In this document: piece by piece, positions 30,450 to 40,091 of the stretch
Layout of the letters: every line of letters starts with the position of its first letter
Numbering within the stretch: the first letter of the stretch is position 1
Assembly (NCBI GenBank): GCA_965233585.1
Contig: CBDDTI010000295.1
Location: 64,001 to 128,000, forward strand
Origin: a bacterium
Lineage (GTDB): Bacteria; SAR324; NAC60-12
Direction: 5' to 3'
Length of the DNA stretch: 64,000 bases
Program-made: the position numbers and the translations under genes
The notes under the pieces: model-generated
Database searches by the model: none
What the model was told of the DNA's origin: nothing
What the model saw: only the letters and a program-made list of their open reading frames with translations

Positions 30450-33146
30450 ATGCGATTGATTCTATTTTGCATCATCTCAAACCTTGTGTTGACCGCATGT
30501 ATTACCAAAATTGTTCCCCGTGTCTCAATTCACGAGTTTGATGACCGTCCCAGCCTTTTAAAAAATCCTCCCTCTCCTCTTGTTTCTGAATTGTTTGTCA
30601 GACTGCAACTTGACTACATTGAGGTCAATCGGCTGAAACCCGATGCCATGCTTATTTCCGCATTTCATCAACTTGACAATGCTGTTCCAGAGATTAACAT
30701 TCAGCTCAAGCAAGGATTGGAAGATGCCAAGTCGCCCATTCTTGCCATTCAAACCTCTGTGCAAGATTACCAAATCCCTGTGTCTGATTTGTCCGATCTG
30801 TCTGATTTAAATCTGACCCTTCAACAAACACTCAATCTTTTAAAAAAAGACTTGCCTCAATCAAAATGGGTCAAGGCAGAACAAGCCATCGTCAAGGGAA
30901 TCCTTGCAACACTTGACCCGCATTCTAGTGCAATCTTCACTGCTCAATACCAAAATTTTCAAGAACGTGTGCAAGGACAGTTTGGAGGAATTGGTGTTGT
31001 AGTCCAACATGATGCCAAAAAAGGCTTAAAAATTTTGCAAGTCATTCGTAACTCTCCTGCATACACTTCAGGTTTAAAATCTGGTGAATGGATTACAGAA
31101 ATTGATGATGAATCAGTCAAGTCAATGGACCGGACTTCTGCAAAATCACAGTTGCAGGGACTCATTGGGACTCCTGTCAAACTTAAAATTCTCAAAGCTG
31201 ACCAAAGTAAATATCATGTCAACTTGCCACGAGCTATCATTCATGCACCTAGTGTTGAAGTAGAAAGGATTCAATCTAAAATCCTTTTGATTCAAATTAA
31301 AGTGTTTCAGCAGAACACTGTCGCTCAGTTGTACGATGCACTAAGTCAAACCGAAGGCATTGAAGGCATCATTCTTGACATACGAGACAATCTTGGAGGA
31401 TTGCTGCAGCAAGCGGCATTGACTGCAAATTTTTTTCTACCTCCAAACAAAAAAATCACCTCCACCGAAGGCACTTTGGAACAGGCTTTTGTCTCTCAAT
31501 GGATTTTGAAAGACCAGAGATTGAATACAATCCCTCTTGCTATCCTTATTAATCGTGTCAGTGCATCTGGTTCAGAAATTGTTGCTTCTGCATTAAAAGA
31601 ACGCCCCAATACAGTCTTGCTTGGTGAACGAACCTTTGGCAAAGGTTCTGTCCAACATCTCCAAGCAGTTGGAGACATACACGGGTTGAAGCTCACTGTC
31701 GCCAAATATTTGACTCCAAATGGGGACTCTATTCAAGCGGTTGGGGAAGTTCCACACATCAAAATTCTCCCAATCTATTGGGATCAAACATATCAAAAAT
31801 TCTTGGTCAAAAGCTATCCCCCCAGAGAAGAAAATTTAGCAAGGGTGTTTAAATGGGGTGAACCTACCACTTCTGCTGACTTTGAGTTACAATATCTTCA
31901 AGCCTTTGGTTCTAACCAAAGTTTAACAAAAATATTTAATTTTTTACCCTCATACGATCCTCAAATGCCAGAAGATTTTGTGAAAGACTTTGCAGTCAAA
32001 AGTTTAAAACAAATCTCAAACGTCAAAGATCATCTGAAAAAAGATGACCTCAAAGAAATTGCACTCGCCCTTGCAAAACAAGTACAGGTAGAAGAAGAAC
32101 AAAAGATGCTTCAGGTTTTGAAAGATTCTGGAATTAATTGGGGAAGGGAATCTGGTTTTGTAAGTGAACCAGATGTCAATTTTCAAGTGTCATGGGAAGA
32201 ATCTGATGTTTCTACAAATTTGTCTAAAGACGGTCATACCTTCCGTTTGCGTTGGAGTCTTCAAAGTCAAAATGACGCACTGGACAGGCTTAAAATGAGA
32301 GTCAGAGTGTTGAATCAACCCGGTCCCATTTGGGAGCTTCCTATTGGACGTTTGGAAGCCAACAAAACCATTTCACAAGAACAAGAATTGCTTTTGCCAT
32401 ACCGTGAGGCGTTCAGATTGCAAGCACAACTATTGGACGAAAAAGAAAGGGTTCTTTCAAAACATGACAAAATTGTCATTCCTAAACCAGTAGAAGCACC
32501 AAAATTGAAAGTGCAATTTGCTATCAGAGACAATGGAGACTGGGGGTCTCGTGGCAATGGCAATGGGGTTGTTGAACCTGATGAAAAAATTGCATTGAGA
32601 ATCAACATTTCCAATCATGGCAGCCGAGCAACGGGAAAGCTGAGAGCCACTCTAAAACCCAAACATACTATTAAATCTATTAGGCAGACAGGACGTCTCC
32701 CAAAATTAAAATCAGGTGAAACGGGGTCTATGACCATGCTTTACACCACAAAACAAAAATCAGCGCTATTCATTGACCAACTTGACCTTTCAGATTCACT
32801 TTTTCAATCCAATCATCTATCCTATCGCTTGAATCTCACACAAGCAGAACACCTCCAGAATTGTTGTGACATTCCTGAAGTGTCTTTGAAGGTTTTGGAA
32901 AAAACAGAAGATGGTCAGGTCAAAATTCAAGCAAAGATCATGGCAAACGAAACAATCCAGTCTGCTTTACTTGCCAGAAATGAAAAAAAGATTGCGTTCT
33001 TTCATCTTCAAAAAAAGACTTTTGACGAACAAAAAAAAGTCAATTTGCAAAAAGGTTTCAACCGTTTCTCAATCACCGTCACGACACAACATGGTTTGAC
33101 ACTCAAAAAATCTCTGACTTTATGGCATCCCTATAAACCATTATGA
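30450..33146 (+). CDS. S41 family C-terminal processing peptidase with PDZ domain and long C-terminal extension, probable lipoprotein
   Basis: Lipobox-like VLTAC; LDPHS; PDZ FGGIG; LDIRDNLGG; SASGSE; TFGKGSVQ. Confidence 0.9.
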   Translation: MRLILFCIISNLVLTACITKIVPRVSIHEFDDRPSLLKNPPSPLVSELFVRLQLDYIEVNRLKPDAMLISAFHQLDNAVPEINIQLKQGLEDAKSPILAIQTSVQDYQIPVSDLSDLSDLNLTLQQTLNLLKKDLPQSKWVKAEQAIVKGILATLDPHSSAIFTAQYQNFQERVQGQFGGIGVVVQHDAKKGLKILQVIRNSPAYTSGLKSGEWITEIDDESVKSMDRTSAKSQLQGLIGTPVKLKILKADQSKYHVNLPRAIIHAPSVEVERIQSKILLIQIKVFQQNTVAQLYDALSQTEGIEGIILDIRDNLGGLLQQAALTANFFLPPNKKITSTEGTLEQAFVSQWILKDQRLNTIPLAILINRVSASGSEIVASALKERPNTVLLGERTFGKGSVQHLQAVGDIHGLKLTVAKYLTPNGDSIQAVGEVPHIKILPIYWDQTYQKFLVKSYPPREENLARVFKWGEPTTSADFELQYLQAFGSNQSLTKIFNFLPSYDPQMPEDFVKDFAVKSLKQISNVKDHLKKDDLKEIALALAKQVQVEEEQKMLQVLKDSGINWGRESGFVSEPDVNFQVSWEESDVSTNLSKDGHTFRLRWSLQSQNDALDRLKMRVRVLNQPGPIWELPIGRLEANKTISQEQELLLPYREAFRLQAQLLDEKERVLSKHDKIVIPKPVEAPKLKVQFAIRDNGDWGSRGNGNGVVEPDEKIALRINISNHGSRATGKLRATLKPKHTIKSIRQTGRLPKLKSGETGSMTMLYTTKQKSALFIDQLDLSDSLFQSNHLSYRLNLTQAEHLQNCCDIPEVSLKVLEKTEDGQVKIQAKIMANETIQSALLARNEKKIAFFHLQKKTFDEQKKVNLQKGFNRFSITVTTQHGLTLKKSLTLWHPYKPL

Positions 33147-34183
33147 TTCTTGCCACTCAACTGGCTTGGAGAAGCCTTAAAAATCATCTCCGTTTCAGCA
33201 CCTTCTTTACTTTCAATCTAGCGCTTGCGCTGAGTGGTTTAACCATACTTTACTCTTTGCAAGAGTCCATCAATGTCAGCTTGAAAGAGCGAGCAAAAGT
33301 TTTACTAGGGGCTGATTTGTTCATTTCTTCTTACCAAAAGTTTGATAAAAATCAGGTCAAATTGATAGATGACACCTTACAACCTGTTGCATCACAAAGT
33401 GATCAAGTCAAACTTTTTTCAATGGTTGTCAGCAATCAGAGGTCTAAGTTAACTCATGTCATTGGCATTGATTCACAGTTTCCATTGTATGGAGAATTGA
33501 CGCTTGAATCAGGTGAACCTTCTCTGGCTGAAAAGCAAGACTTTGCAAGTCAACCAAAAGTTTGGGCTTCACCAGAGTTTTTAGAATCTTTGAGAACGTC
33601 CCAAGGAGAGATGGTCAAGATTGGTCAAGTTAACTTTGAAATTACAGGCATCATTGCAGAAGCACCACCAGAGACCCTTTCATTGTTTGCAGGGATTCCT
33701 AAAATTTATGTGTCTGTCTCACAACTGAAACAGACAGGGTTACTGGAATTTGGAAGCCGTATTTTGTATGGGCGGTTTTATAAACTAGACCAACCAACAG
33801 AGGAAGTGGCAGAACGTTCAGAAAAAATCAGAGAAGTGTTGAGACCCTCAAAAAACACAGTGTCTGAAATCAGAATCAGGACAATTACAGACAGCAATTC
33901 ACAATTTGGTGATTTGACACAACGTCTTGGTCGCTTTTTAGGATTAAGTGCCTTGACAGCGTTGTTTTTAGGAGGCGTCGGCGTAGCTTATCTGTTCAGA
34001 CATTTTTTAGAAAGTCAACTGCAATCTTTTGCAATTTTAATGAGTCTTGGAAGCTCAAGAAGCCAAGCACAACTTGTCGTTTTGATGCAGTTGGTTTTGT
34101 TAGGCATTGCAGGGTCTTTGCTGGCACTTGGTATGACTAGCCTTTTCATGTCTTTGGCTTCCTTCATGCTATGGCTACTGTGA
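33143..34183 (+). pseudogene. ABC transporter permease (YbbP/FtsX-like), apparently only the N-terminal half
   Basis: LAWRSL start, LLGADL, FPLYGEL, GSRI.Y motifs and a single FtsX segment; 346 aa where family members usually have two FtsX segments. Confidence 0.6.
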
Positions 34184-34187
34184 TGTC

Positions 34188-34706
34188 ATGACAACAGAAC
34201 TCTATCAATTTTTGGAACATCATCAAATCCGTTACCAACTCTTTGAACACCCCGCTGTCTTCACGGTGCAAGATTCTGAAAAATTGAATCTGCAAATAGA
34301 AGGAGGAAAAACCAAAAATTTGTTCTTGAGAGATGCCAAAGGTAAGAAACACTTTTTGGTCACTCTTGAGGCTTCTAAGTCAGCAGATTTAAAAGCACTT
34401 GCTAAGCAGATGAATTGCAGTCGTTTAGGCTTTGCCTCTGCAGAAAGACTACAACACCATTTGGGGGTTGCTCCGGGTTCTGTGAGCTTACTGGCATTAG
34501 TCCATGACCAGCAACATCAAGTAGAAGTTTGGATTGACCAAGATTTATGGAAAGAACAATTTGTCTTATGCCACCCCATGACCAACACCAGTACTCTACA
34601 AATTCCTTTATCCGATATGGAACAATTTTTTAAGAAAACGGGTCACAACTTCCAGCTGGTCAAGCTCAAAGCTCAACAACCACCTGCAATAGAAGGAACG
34701 ATTTGA
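34188..34706 (+). CDS. YbaK/ProX aminoacyl-tRNA editing protein (ProXp-ala-like)
   Basis: HPAVFT, KNLFLRD, LGVAPGSVS, HPMTNT. Confidence 0.92.
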   Translation: MTTELYQFLEHHQIRYQLFEHPAVFTVQDSEKLNLQIEGGKTKNLFLRDAKGKKHFLVTLEASKSADLKALAKQMNCSRLGFASAERLQHHLGVAPGSVSLLALVHDQQHQVEVWIDQDLWKEQFVLCHPMTNTSTLQIPLSDMEQFFKKTGHNFQLVKLKAQQPPAIEGTI

Positions 34707-34954
34707 ATAACATCATCAGCTTTGGTCGGTGTTTCTAAATTAGAGCTATAACGAATGTCATCATCATTCAGATAAACATTGATAAAACTGCGAATGTTCT
34801 GGTCTTGGTCATACAGATTGGCTTTCAAATCGGGATAACGTTGGCAAAGTTGTACAAAAGCCTCACCAACGGTCTGAGCCGATTCAATGGAGATGGATTC
34901 TTGATTATTGGCATGACGTTGCAGTGCAGAGGGGATTTCAATGGTAATGGACAT
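34673..34954 (-). CDS. MoaD/ThiS/CysO-type ubiquitin-like sulfur carrier
   Basis: INVYLNDDDIR, VPSIAGG followed by an extra Cys; downstream of cysteine synthase. Confidence 0.9.
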   Translation of the reverse strand: MSITIEIPSALQRHANNQESISIESAQTVGEAFVQLCQRYPDLKANLYDQDQNIRSFINVYLNDDDIRYSSNLETPTKADDVIQIVPSIAGGC

Positions 34955-34998
34955 AGTCGGTTTTTTAATGATTAGGGTTTATAAAGAATGGGGAAGTG

Positions 34999-35910
34999 TT
35001 ATTTTGTAAAATCCCAAAATTTTTCTTCCAAATATTTAGAGGCGTTGTCAGCTAGCACGGTGGCAACCACACTATCGGGGGCATCGCAAGCCACTTGACG
35101 AGCGGCATGTAAAGATGCCGCACTAGACACGCTTAACAAAAGACCTTCTTTTTTGGCAACTTCGTCTATCACTTGATAGGCATCTTCTGTGGAACAGGAC
35201 ATTTTGACATCAGCAAAGGTGCTGTCATAAAAGTCTGGTTGAATGGCAGATTCCATGTGCTTCCAGCCTTCTATTCCATGCAATGCTTGGTCAGGTTGCA
35301 CTTCTATCACTTGAATTTTTGGGTTGACTTTTTTTAAATAGCGTCCAACCCCCATCAAAGTCCCTGAAGTGCCAACTCCTGCCACAAAATGCGTGATGGC
35401 TTCTTCCGTTTGTGCATAAATTTCAGGTCCTGTTGTTTTAAAATGAGCCTTCCAGTTGGCTTCATTGGCATATTGATTGGCATAAAAGTACAAATCGGGG
35501 TCTTCTTGAACAAGCCTTTGAGCCTCCCTAATCGCACCATCTGATGAATGCTTGGCGTCAGTCAAAACAAGTTCTGCTCCGTATGCAGAAATGATCCTTC
35601 TGCGAGAACGCGTAACACTTTCAGGCATACAAAGTTTGACACGATACCCCAAAACTGCTCCAATCATAGCATAAGCGATTCCTGTATTGCCTGATGTGGC
35701 ATCAAGTAAAATTTGGTCTTGAGTGAGTTCTCCATATTTCGCTGCCTTCTCAATGATATGACTTGCCGCACGGTCTTTGACAGAACCACCGGGATTATAC
35801 CACTCTGCTTTGGCATAAAGCACGCCTTCAGGACAAAAACGATTCATGCGGAACAAAGGAGTATTTCCAATCGCAGAAAGATATTCAAAACTTGGCAATG
35901 TTTTCACCAC
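34999..35910 (-). CDS. cysM: Cysteine synthase B (PLP-dependent, CysM type)
   Basis: IGNTPL, NPGGSVKDR, TSGNTG, GVGTSGT. Confidence 0.9.
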   Translation of the reverse strand: MVKTLPSFEYLSAIGNTPLFRMNRFCPEGVLYAKAEWYNPGGSVKDRAASHIIEKAAKYGELTQDQILLDATSGNTGIAYAMIGAVLGYRVKLCMPESVTRSRRRIISAYGAELVLTDAKHSSDGAIREAQRLVQEDPDLYFYANQYANEANWKAHFKTTGPEIYAQTEEAITHFVAGVGTSGTLMGVGRYLKKVNPKIQVIEVQPDQALHGIEGWKHMESAIQPDFYDSTFADVKMSCSTEDAYQVIDEVAKKEGLLLSVSSAASLHAARQVACDAPDSVVATVLADNASKYLEEKFWDFTK

Positions 35911-36085
35911 ACTTTTAAGATAAGATGTTTGATAAACAAACCTAAAATTCTAGGCTGATTCAGCAGAATTTTCAATCACTTCTTATGAGTTTTTTGAAGC
36001 GCTTTTGAAAAGTGATTGAGTCTTGCTAAAGAAAAAGTCAGAATGTTTTGAGCCAGCTCAATCTTGATTAAAATTTGACTAAAAA

Positions 36086-36439
36086 ATGATGGAATGGATT
36101 TTGAAGTTTTGGATTGCCACATGGTCTTTACTTGCAATCCTTTTTGGGACATGGACGATTTGGGGGCTGTCAGATTCATCAAAACGTCCTGAGAATAGAC
36201 CAACTAAAAAAGTATTAGGAGTTTGTGCAGATTTTTCAGTTCAAGCCAAGATGCCCCTTTGGTTTGTGCGAATGTGTGCTGTGCTTTTCATTCCTTTACT
36301 GCTGGGCATCGTGTTTTACCTTGCCTATTATTGGGCAATACTTCAAAGACGTCCCAAAGAACCACCAACCCCAAAACAAAAACCACCAGCCAAATCACAC
36401 GACGTCCAAATCACACGCATGGACTCTTATCACTTTTGA
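36086..36439 (+). CDS. PspC-domain membrane protein
   Basis: KKVLGVCA...VR...Y motif with TM helices. Confidence 0.7.
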   Translation: MMEWILKFWIATWSLLAILFGTWTIWGLSDSSKRPENRPTKKVLGVCADFSVQAKMPLWFVRMCAVLFIPLLLGIVFYLAYYWAILQRRPKEPPTPKQKPPAKSHDVQITRMDSYHF

Positions 36440-36698
36440 AAGATTCACTTGCATTTTTGAACTACTCTGAACACCCTAGCAACTGACCAAACATGACAAA
36501 ATTTTGACCATTTTGACTTTCTTTATAAAAAATATAGACCTTGTTTTTTTTCAAAACACCCTTTCTAAGTATCGTGTTCAGAGTCTCTTTAAAACTAAAA
36601 TGAAGAGATTATCAAGGCTTTGGAAGATTTTATGAGTGATAAAATACTCGTGAATGCTTAACACAGCAAGTAACCGAAAAAAGAAGATCAAAAAACAC

Positions 36699-36728
36699 TT
36701 GACTCTTATTTCTTTAATCAGTTAGAAT
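36699..36728 (+). promoter_or_regulatory. Putative sigma70 promoter, separated from the 37551 gene by an IS
   Basis: TTGACT-N18-TAGAAT, 33 bp upstream of the IS insertion point. Confidence 0.55.
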
Positions 36729-36761
36729 CTCTCCCTTCTAAACATAGTGTTTAGGTTTTTT

Positions 36762-37521
36762 GGCATTGTTAAGTAATAAGTGATAGCTGATTATTCCGTT
36801 TTGCCATGAACAAAAGAACAGAATATTGTAATGCTTTAAGAGACTTGCTGTAACATTTGGTTTTCCTTCTCATTCTTGCCAAGAAATGTCTCAAGAGAGA
36901 ATTATACTCTTCTACCGTGTATGTTTCTGCCTTGGAACATGTATGAATTTCTTTGGGAATGACTTGTTTGTAAGCCTTCCAGTGATCAGTCATCACCTGA
37001 AGAGGTTTTGTTTCCTTGACCTTGTCCCATAAATGCCTACAGGCTTTTGAGTCTCTGTTTCCAAGCACACAATTGATAAATTGCTTCCCACATCTATCAA
37101 CAGCAATCCAGAGCCAGCAGTAGTTTTTTTTGACTGGATGTAGGTGTGCATTTCATCAATTTCCATAATTTCAATGTCTGTGTCCTTTCTTAATGCCTTG
37201 AGCTGTTCGCCAAAACTACAGACCCAATTATAAACTGAAACATGAGAACAATTCAGCAAACGACCGATTGACCTGAAACCAAGACCCTCCAAATACAACT
37301 CTAATGCTCTTCTTTTGATCTGTGGTGAGATTTGACCACGATAGGACTTGGTATATTGATAGTTGCAGGCATTGCAACGCCTCCTCGGTTTACCATATAA
37401 AAAACCATTCTTAACCGTCTTCTCACTTTCACATCTAGGACACGACTTCATTGCTACACCATGACTATCAATTCAATTAAATGAACTTAATATCGCATAT
37501 CACTTATAGTTTAACAATACC
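36762..37521 (-). mobile_element. IS1-family insertion sequence, copy 2 (760 bp)
   Basis: Same IRs as copy 1; 8 bp target duplication GGTTTTTT (36754-36761, 37522-37529); only a few substitutions relative to copy 1. Confidence 0.95.
36769..37451 (-). CDS. IS1 transposase InsAB (-1 frameshift)
   Basis: As copy 1; slippery A8C at 37123-37131. Confidence 0.9.
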
Positions 37522-37550
37522 GGTTTTTTTAATCTGTAAGGAGAATTAAC

Positions 37551-38801
37551 ATGAAACAGAATTTTAGCGCAAAATTATCCGCAATCCGCAATCCGCAATC
37601 CGCAATCCGCAATCCGCAATCCGCAATCCGCAATCCGCAATCCGCAATCCGCAATCCGCAATCCGCAATCCGCAATCCGCAATCCGCAATCCGCAATCTA
37701 TATAGGCTAACCCCGCTTTTTCAAAAGTCAAGACAAAAATGGAAATTCTTTGCGTTTTCGTCAAAAAATTCTCTCACCTACTCAAATCTCACTTCTTCAA
37801 ACTCTTTCTCATTCTTCTCACGATTTTTGCGATCTTTGCCTGTGGTAAAAATGGCTTTGATGATCGGAATTAGCTGGATGGCTGTTGGTTGTACGCTCCC
37901 TTTTGTTGCTCCTGGATTTGATCCAACGCTCTACCCAAACCCACCAACCTACCCCAACAATTCATTATCAGAGCGAGCAGTCAAAGTACCACTCGGTTCA
38001 GAAGCATTTAGAGAAGGTTTATTCGGTGCAAAATGGACACGAGGCGTCGAAATATTATGGTTTGATACAGATACTCTTGCTATTGCTTATCTAACTACTG
38101 AAGAATCTGAAGAAAAGGGACAGAATGCCTTTTACTTTTCAGTGCCTAAAAACGCATTTATTGAAGGAGATTCAACTCTTTTTGATGCAATGGATAATTT
38201 TCGTAATCTCACTGAATTGAGTTACAAAAATGTGGATAGCACTGCCTCTCGTGCCCTCACTTTTTTGAGTGTTGCTGCAGGAAATGACAACTATCAGCCA
38301 TGTATTGAATCTGAAAGTTCTCCAATTAGCACTTTGGATGGAAAATATTCAATAACCCTGTTGCTGTCAGACTATACTGGTGATGATTGCGATAGACCAA
38401 CACAGGATGGTGATGGTATATTTGATTACCAAGATATATACATGAGATACAGAATAAAAGGAGACAATTCAAAAAAAGAACTTATATTTACGAAGAAGTT
38501 TGAAAGTATTAGTCATTATAATAGAGGACGTGGCGCCCGGACTATGTATCTTACAGAAGATAAAAAATATTTGGTTACGTCAAGGGGCATTGTTAGTCTT
38601 GATTCTCTCAAAATGATTGATTATGCACCTACTTATCCTGAGGCAGACGGACTGCAGACTCGGACTCCACCCGCAATGTATGGAGCTTTTATTAGCCCAA
38701 CTTTAGATAAGGTTGCCCTTTTGTATTACGTAGAAGATGCTAATTCAAAGACGGAATACTACCTAGAAATCACTGATTTTATTTTACCTGAAACGGAGTA
38801 G
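37551..38801 (+). CDS. Hypothetical lipoprotein with an N-terminal heptamer-repeat tract
   Basis: AAGGAG RBS 7 nt before ATG; (IRNPQSA)n; hydrophobic stretch ending WMAVGC near aa 113. Confidence 0.7.
   Translation: MKQNFSAKLSAIRNPQSAIRNPQSAIRNPQSAIRNPQSAIRNPQSAIRNLYRLTPLFQKSRQKWKFFAFSSKNSLTYSNLTSSNSFSFFSRFLRSLPVVKMALMIGISWMAVGCTLPFVAPGFDPTLYPNPPTYPNNSLSERAVKVPLGSEAFREGLFGAKWTRGVEILWFDTDTLAIAYLTTEESEEKGQNAFYFSVPKNAFIEGDSTLFDAMDNFRNLTELSYKNVDSTASRALTFLSVAAGNDNYQPCIESESSPISTLDGKYSITLLLSDYTGDDCDRPTQDGDGIFDYQDIYMRYRIKGDNSKKELIFTKKFESISHYNRGRGARTMYLTEDKKYLVTSRGIVSLDSLKMIDYAPTYPEADGLQTRTPPAMYGAFISPTLDKVALLYYVEDANSKTEYYLEITDFILPETE
37577..37695. repeat. Perfect simple sequence repeat (ATCCGCA)17
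   Basis: 119 bp = 17 exact heptamers. Confidence 0.98.
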
Positions 38802-38805
38802 AACG

Positions 38806-39900
38806 ATGAAAAAGTTATCACTCCAGCATTTTTCAAAAAGTAGAATGGGTTTTACACCCAGAGTCTGGACTCCTGCCCCTGTTTTCAAAGGGGGTGATGT
38901 CCTAGTCAGGAGGAGCAATTGGTATGTTGCTTTGGTCTTTCTTTTTGTCATCGGCTTTGTCATTGGATGTCTTTCTATTGCCACTCGTATTGACAATGCT
39001 GGTAAGGCAAGAGATGTAGATCAGTTAGTTGAGTTTATTCAATCCGAAGAAGTTTCAATACCAGACAAAAGAAAAGCTATCAGGTGGTTAGGACGTTATT
39101 CGGGGAATGCTGCTGCAGTACAGGTATTAGTCGCTTTGAATCCAAGAAATAGAGGCTTAACTTTTGAAGTGGTCAAGGCGTTGGGCAAGCATACAAACTC
39201 TGTTGATGCTTTTGAACGACTTCAAAGTCATGCTCAAAAGCAAGACAATGCCGATGTCCGAGCTGAAGCTTTCATCCAAATCTCTCTAACAACAGCGGTA
39301 GAAAATGATCAGGTTATTGAAACCTTAAAAACGTCTCAAGAGGATTCAGAAGCAGCAGTCGTCATCACAGGAAGCAGGCTTTTAAGAGAGAGAAATGATT
39401 TTTCGGGAGGAAAGAAGGTTTATGAAATCTTACAAAAGACCAGTTACAGCCCTGTCAAAAAATTAGCTCTCAAAGAGTTACAACATCATAAAAGTAAAGA
39501 CTATTTACCCTTAATATCTGAAGAGGTCAATTCCACTGATCCCAAAATCAGAAAATATGCAAGAGTTTATTTGAAAAACATAGGATTAAGTGGAGAAGAA
39601 ATATCAAAACTGTCTTCAGATAGAAGAGATTTACTGAATCAAATTGTGGCACTTGAGAAAACAGTAACTGATCTTGAGGCAAGAATGCGGTCAATGCAAG
39701 AAAATCAAAGTAGTCATACCAATTCTGGAACGGCTACAGAGAGTCAGCAATCTGGAACTAATCAACTTGCTAGTATTGCGACAGAATGTGCCAAGAAACT
39801 CGCTGCAGTAAAAGCTTGTGAAATGTTGACCTGGCCTGCTTCAACAGTTTGTACCAAAACAGCCGAAAGTCAATTCTCCCTCTGCCCAATCTCACCATAG
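38806..39900 (+). CDS. HEAT-repeat putative lipoprotein with coiled coil and Cys-rich C-terminus
   Basis: Hydrophobic stretch ending FVIGC; helical repeats (KRKAIRWLG, VVKALGK, DVRAEA, KIRKYA); four C-terminal Cys. Confidence 0.7.
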   Translation: MKKLSLQHFSKSRMGFTPRVWTPAPVFKGGDVLVRRSNWYVALVFLFVIGFVIGCLSIATRIDNAGKARDVDQLVEFIQSEEVSIPDKRKAIRWLGRYSGNAAAVQVLVALNPRNRGLTFEVVKALGKHTNSVDAFERLQSHAQKQDNADVRAEAFIQISLTTAVENDQVIETLKTSQEDSEAAVVITGSRLLRERNDFSGGKKVYEILQKTSYSPVKKLALKELQHHKSKDYLPLISEEVNSTDPKIRKYARVYLKNIGLSGEEISKLSSDRRDLLNQIVALEKTVTDLEARMRSMQENQSSHTNSGTATESQQSGTNQLASIATECAKKLAAVKACEMLTWPASTVCTKTAESQFSLCPISP

Positions 39901-39978
39901 GTGAATTATAAGTAACCCCAGTTGCTAGTCATCAAAAATGAGATAAACTTTTCTCTTTCCTCTATCCCTTGCTTCACT

Positions 39979-40065
39979 CTAAAACTGAGCAGGGGATTTT
40001 TCACGCCTGCCATATTTGGTGAAGTAGGCATCTTCTATTCAGACCACTTTTTGAAGTTTGTTGAC
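39979..40065 (-). pseudogene. Relic of the 3' end of the 41994-42335 gene
   Basis: Translates VNKLQKVV*IEDAYFTKYGRREKSPAQF* versus LNKIQKVVWIEDAYFTKYGRRDKSPAHF*; downstream flank is also shared. Confidence 0.85.
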
Positions 40066-40091
40066 GCATTGAATAGTTTTTCAGAATAAAG

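Noticed and set aside
37564..37764. Minus-strand ORF with CGLRIAD repeats
   Set aside because: Antisense reading of the heptamer tract
38855..38900. Palindromic GAGTCTGGACTC segment resembling a REP-like insertion in the 38806 gene
   Set aside because: Single short degenerate copy in the window; insufficient support
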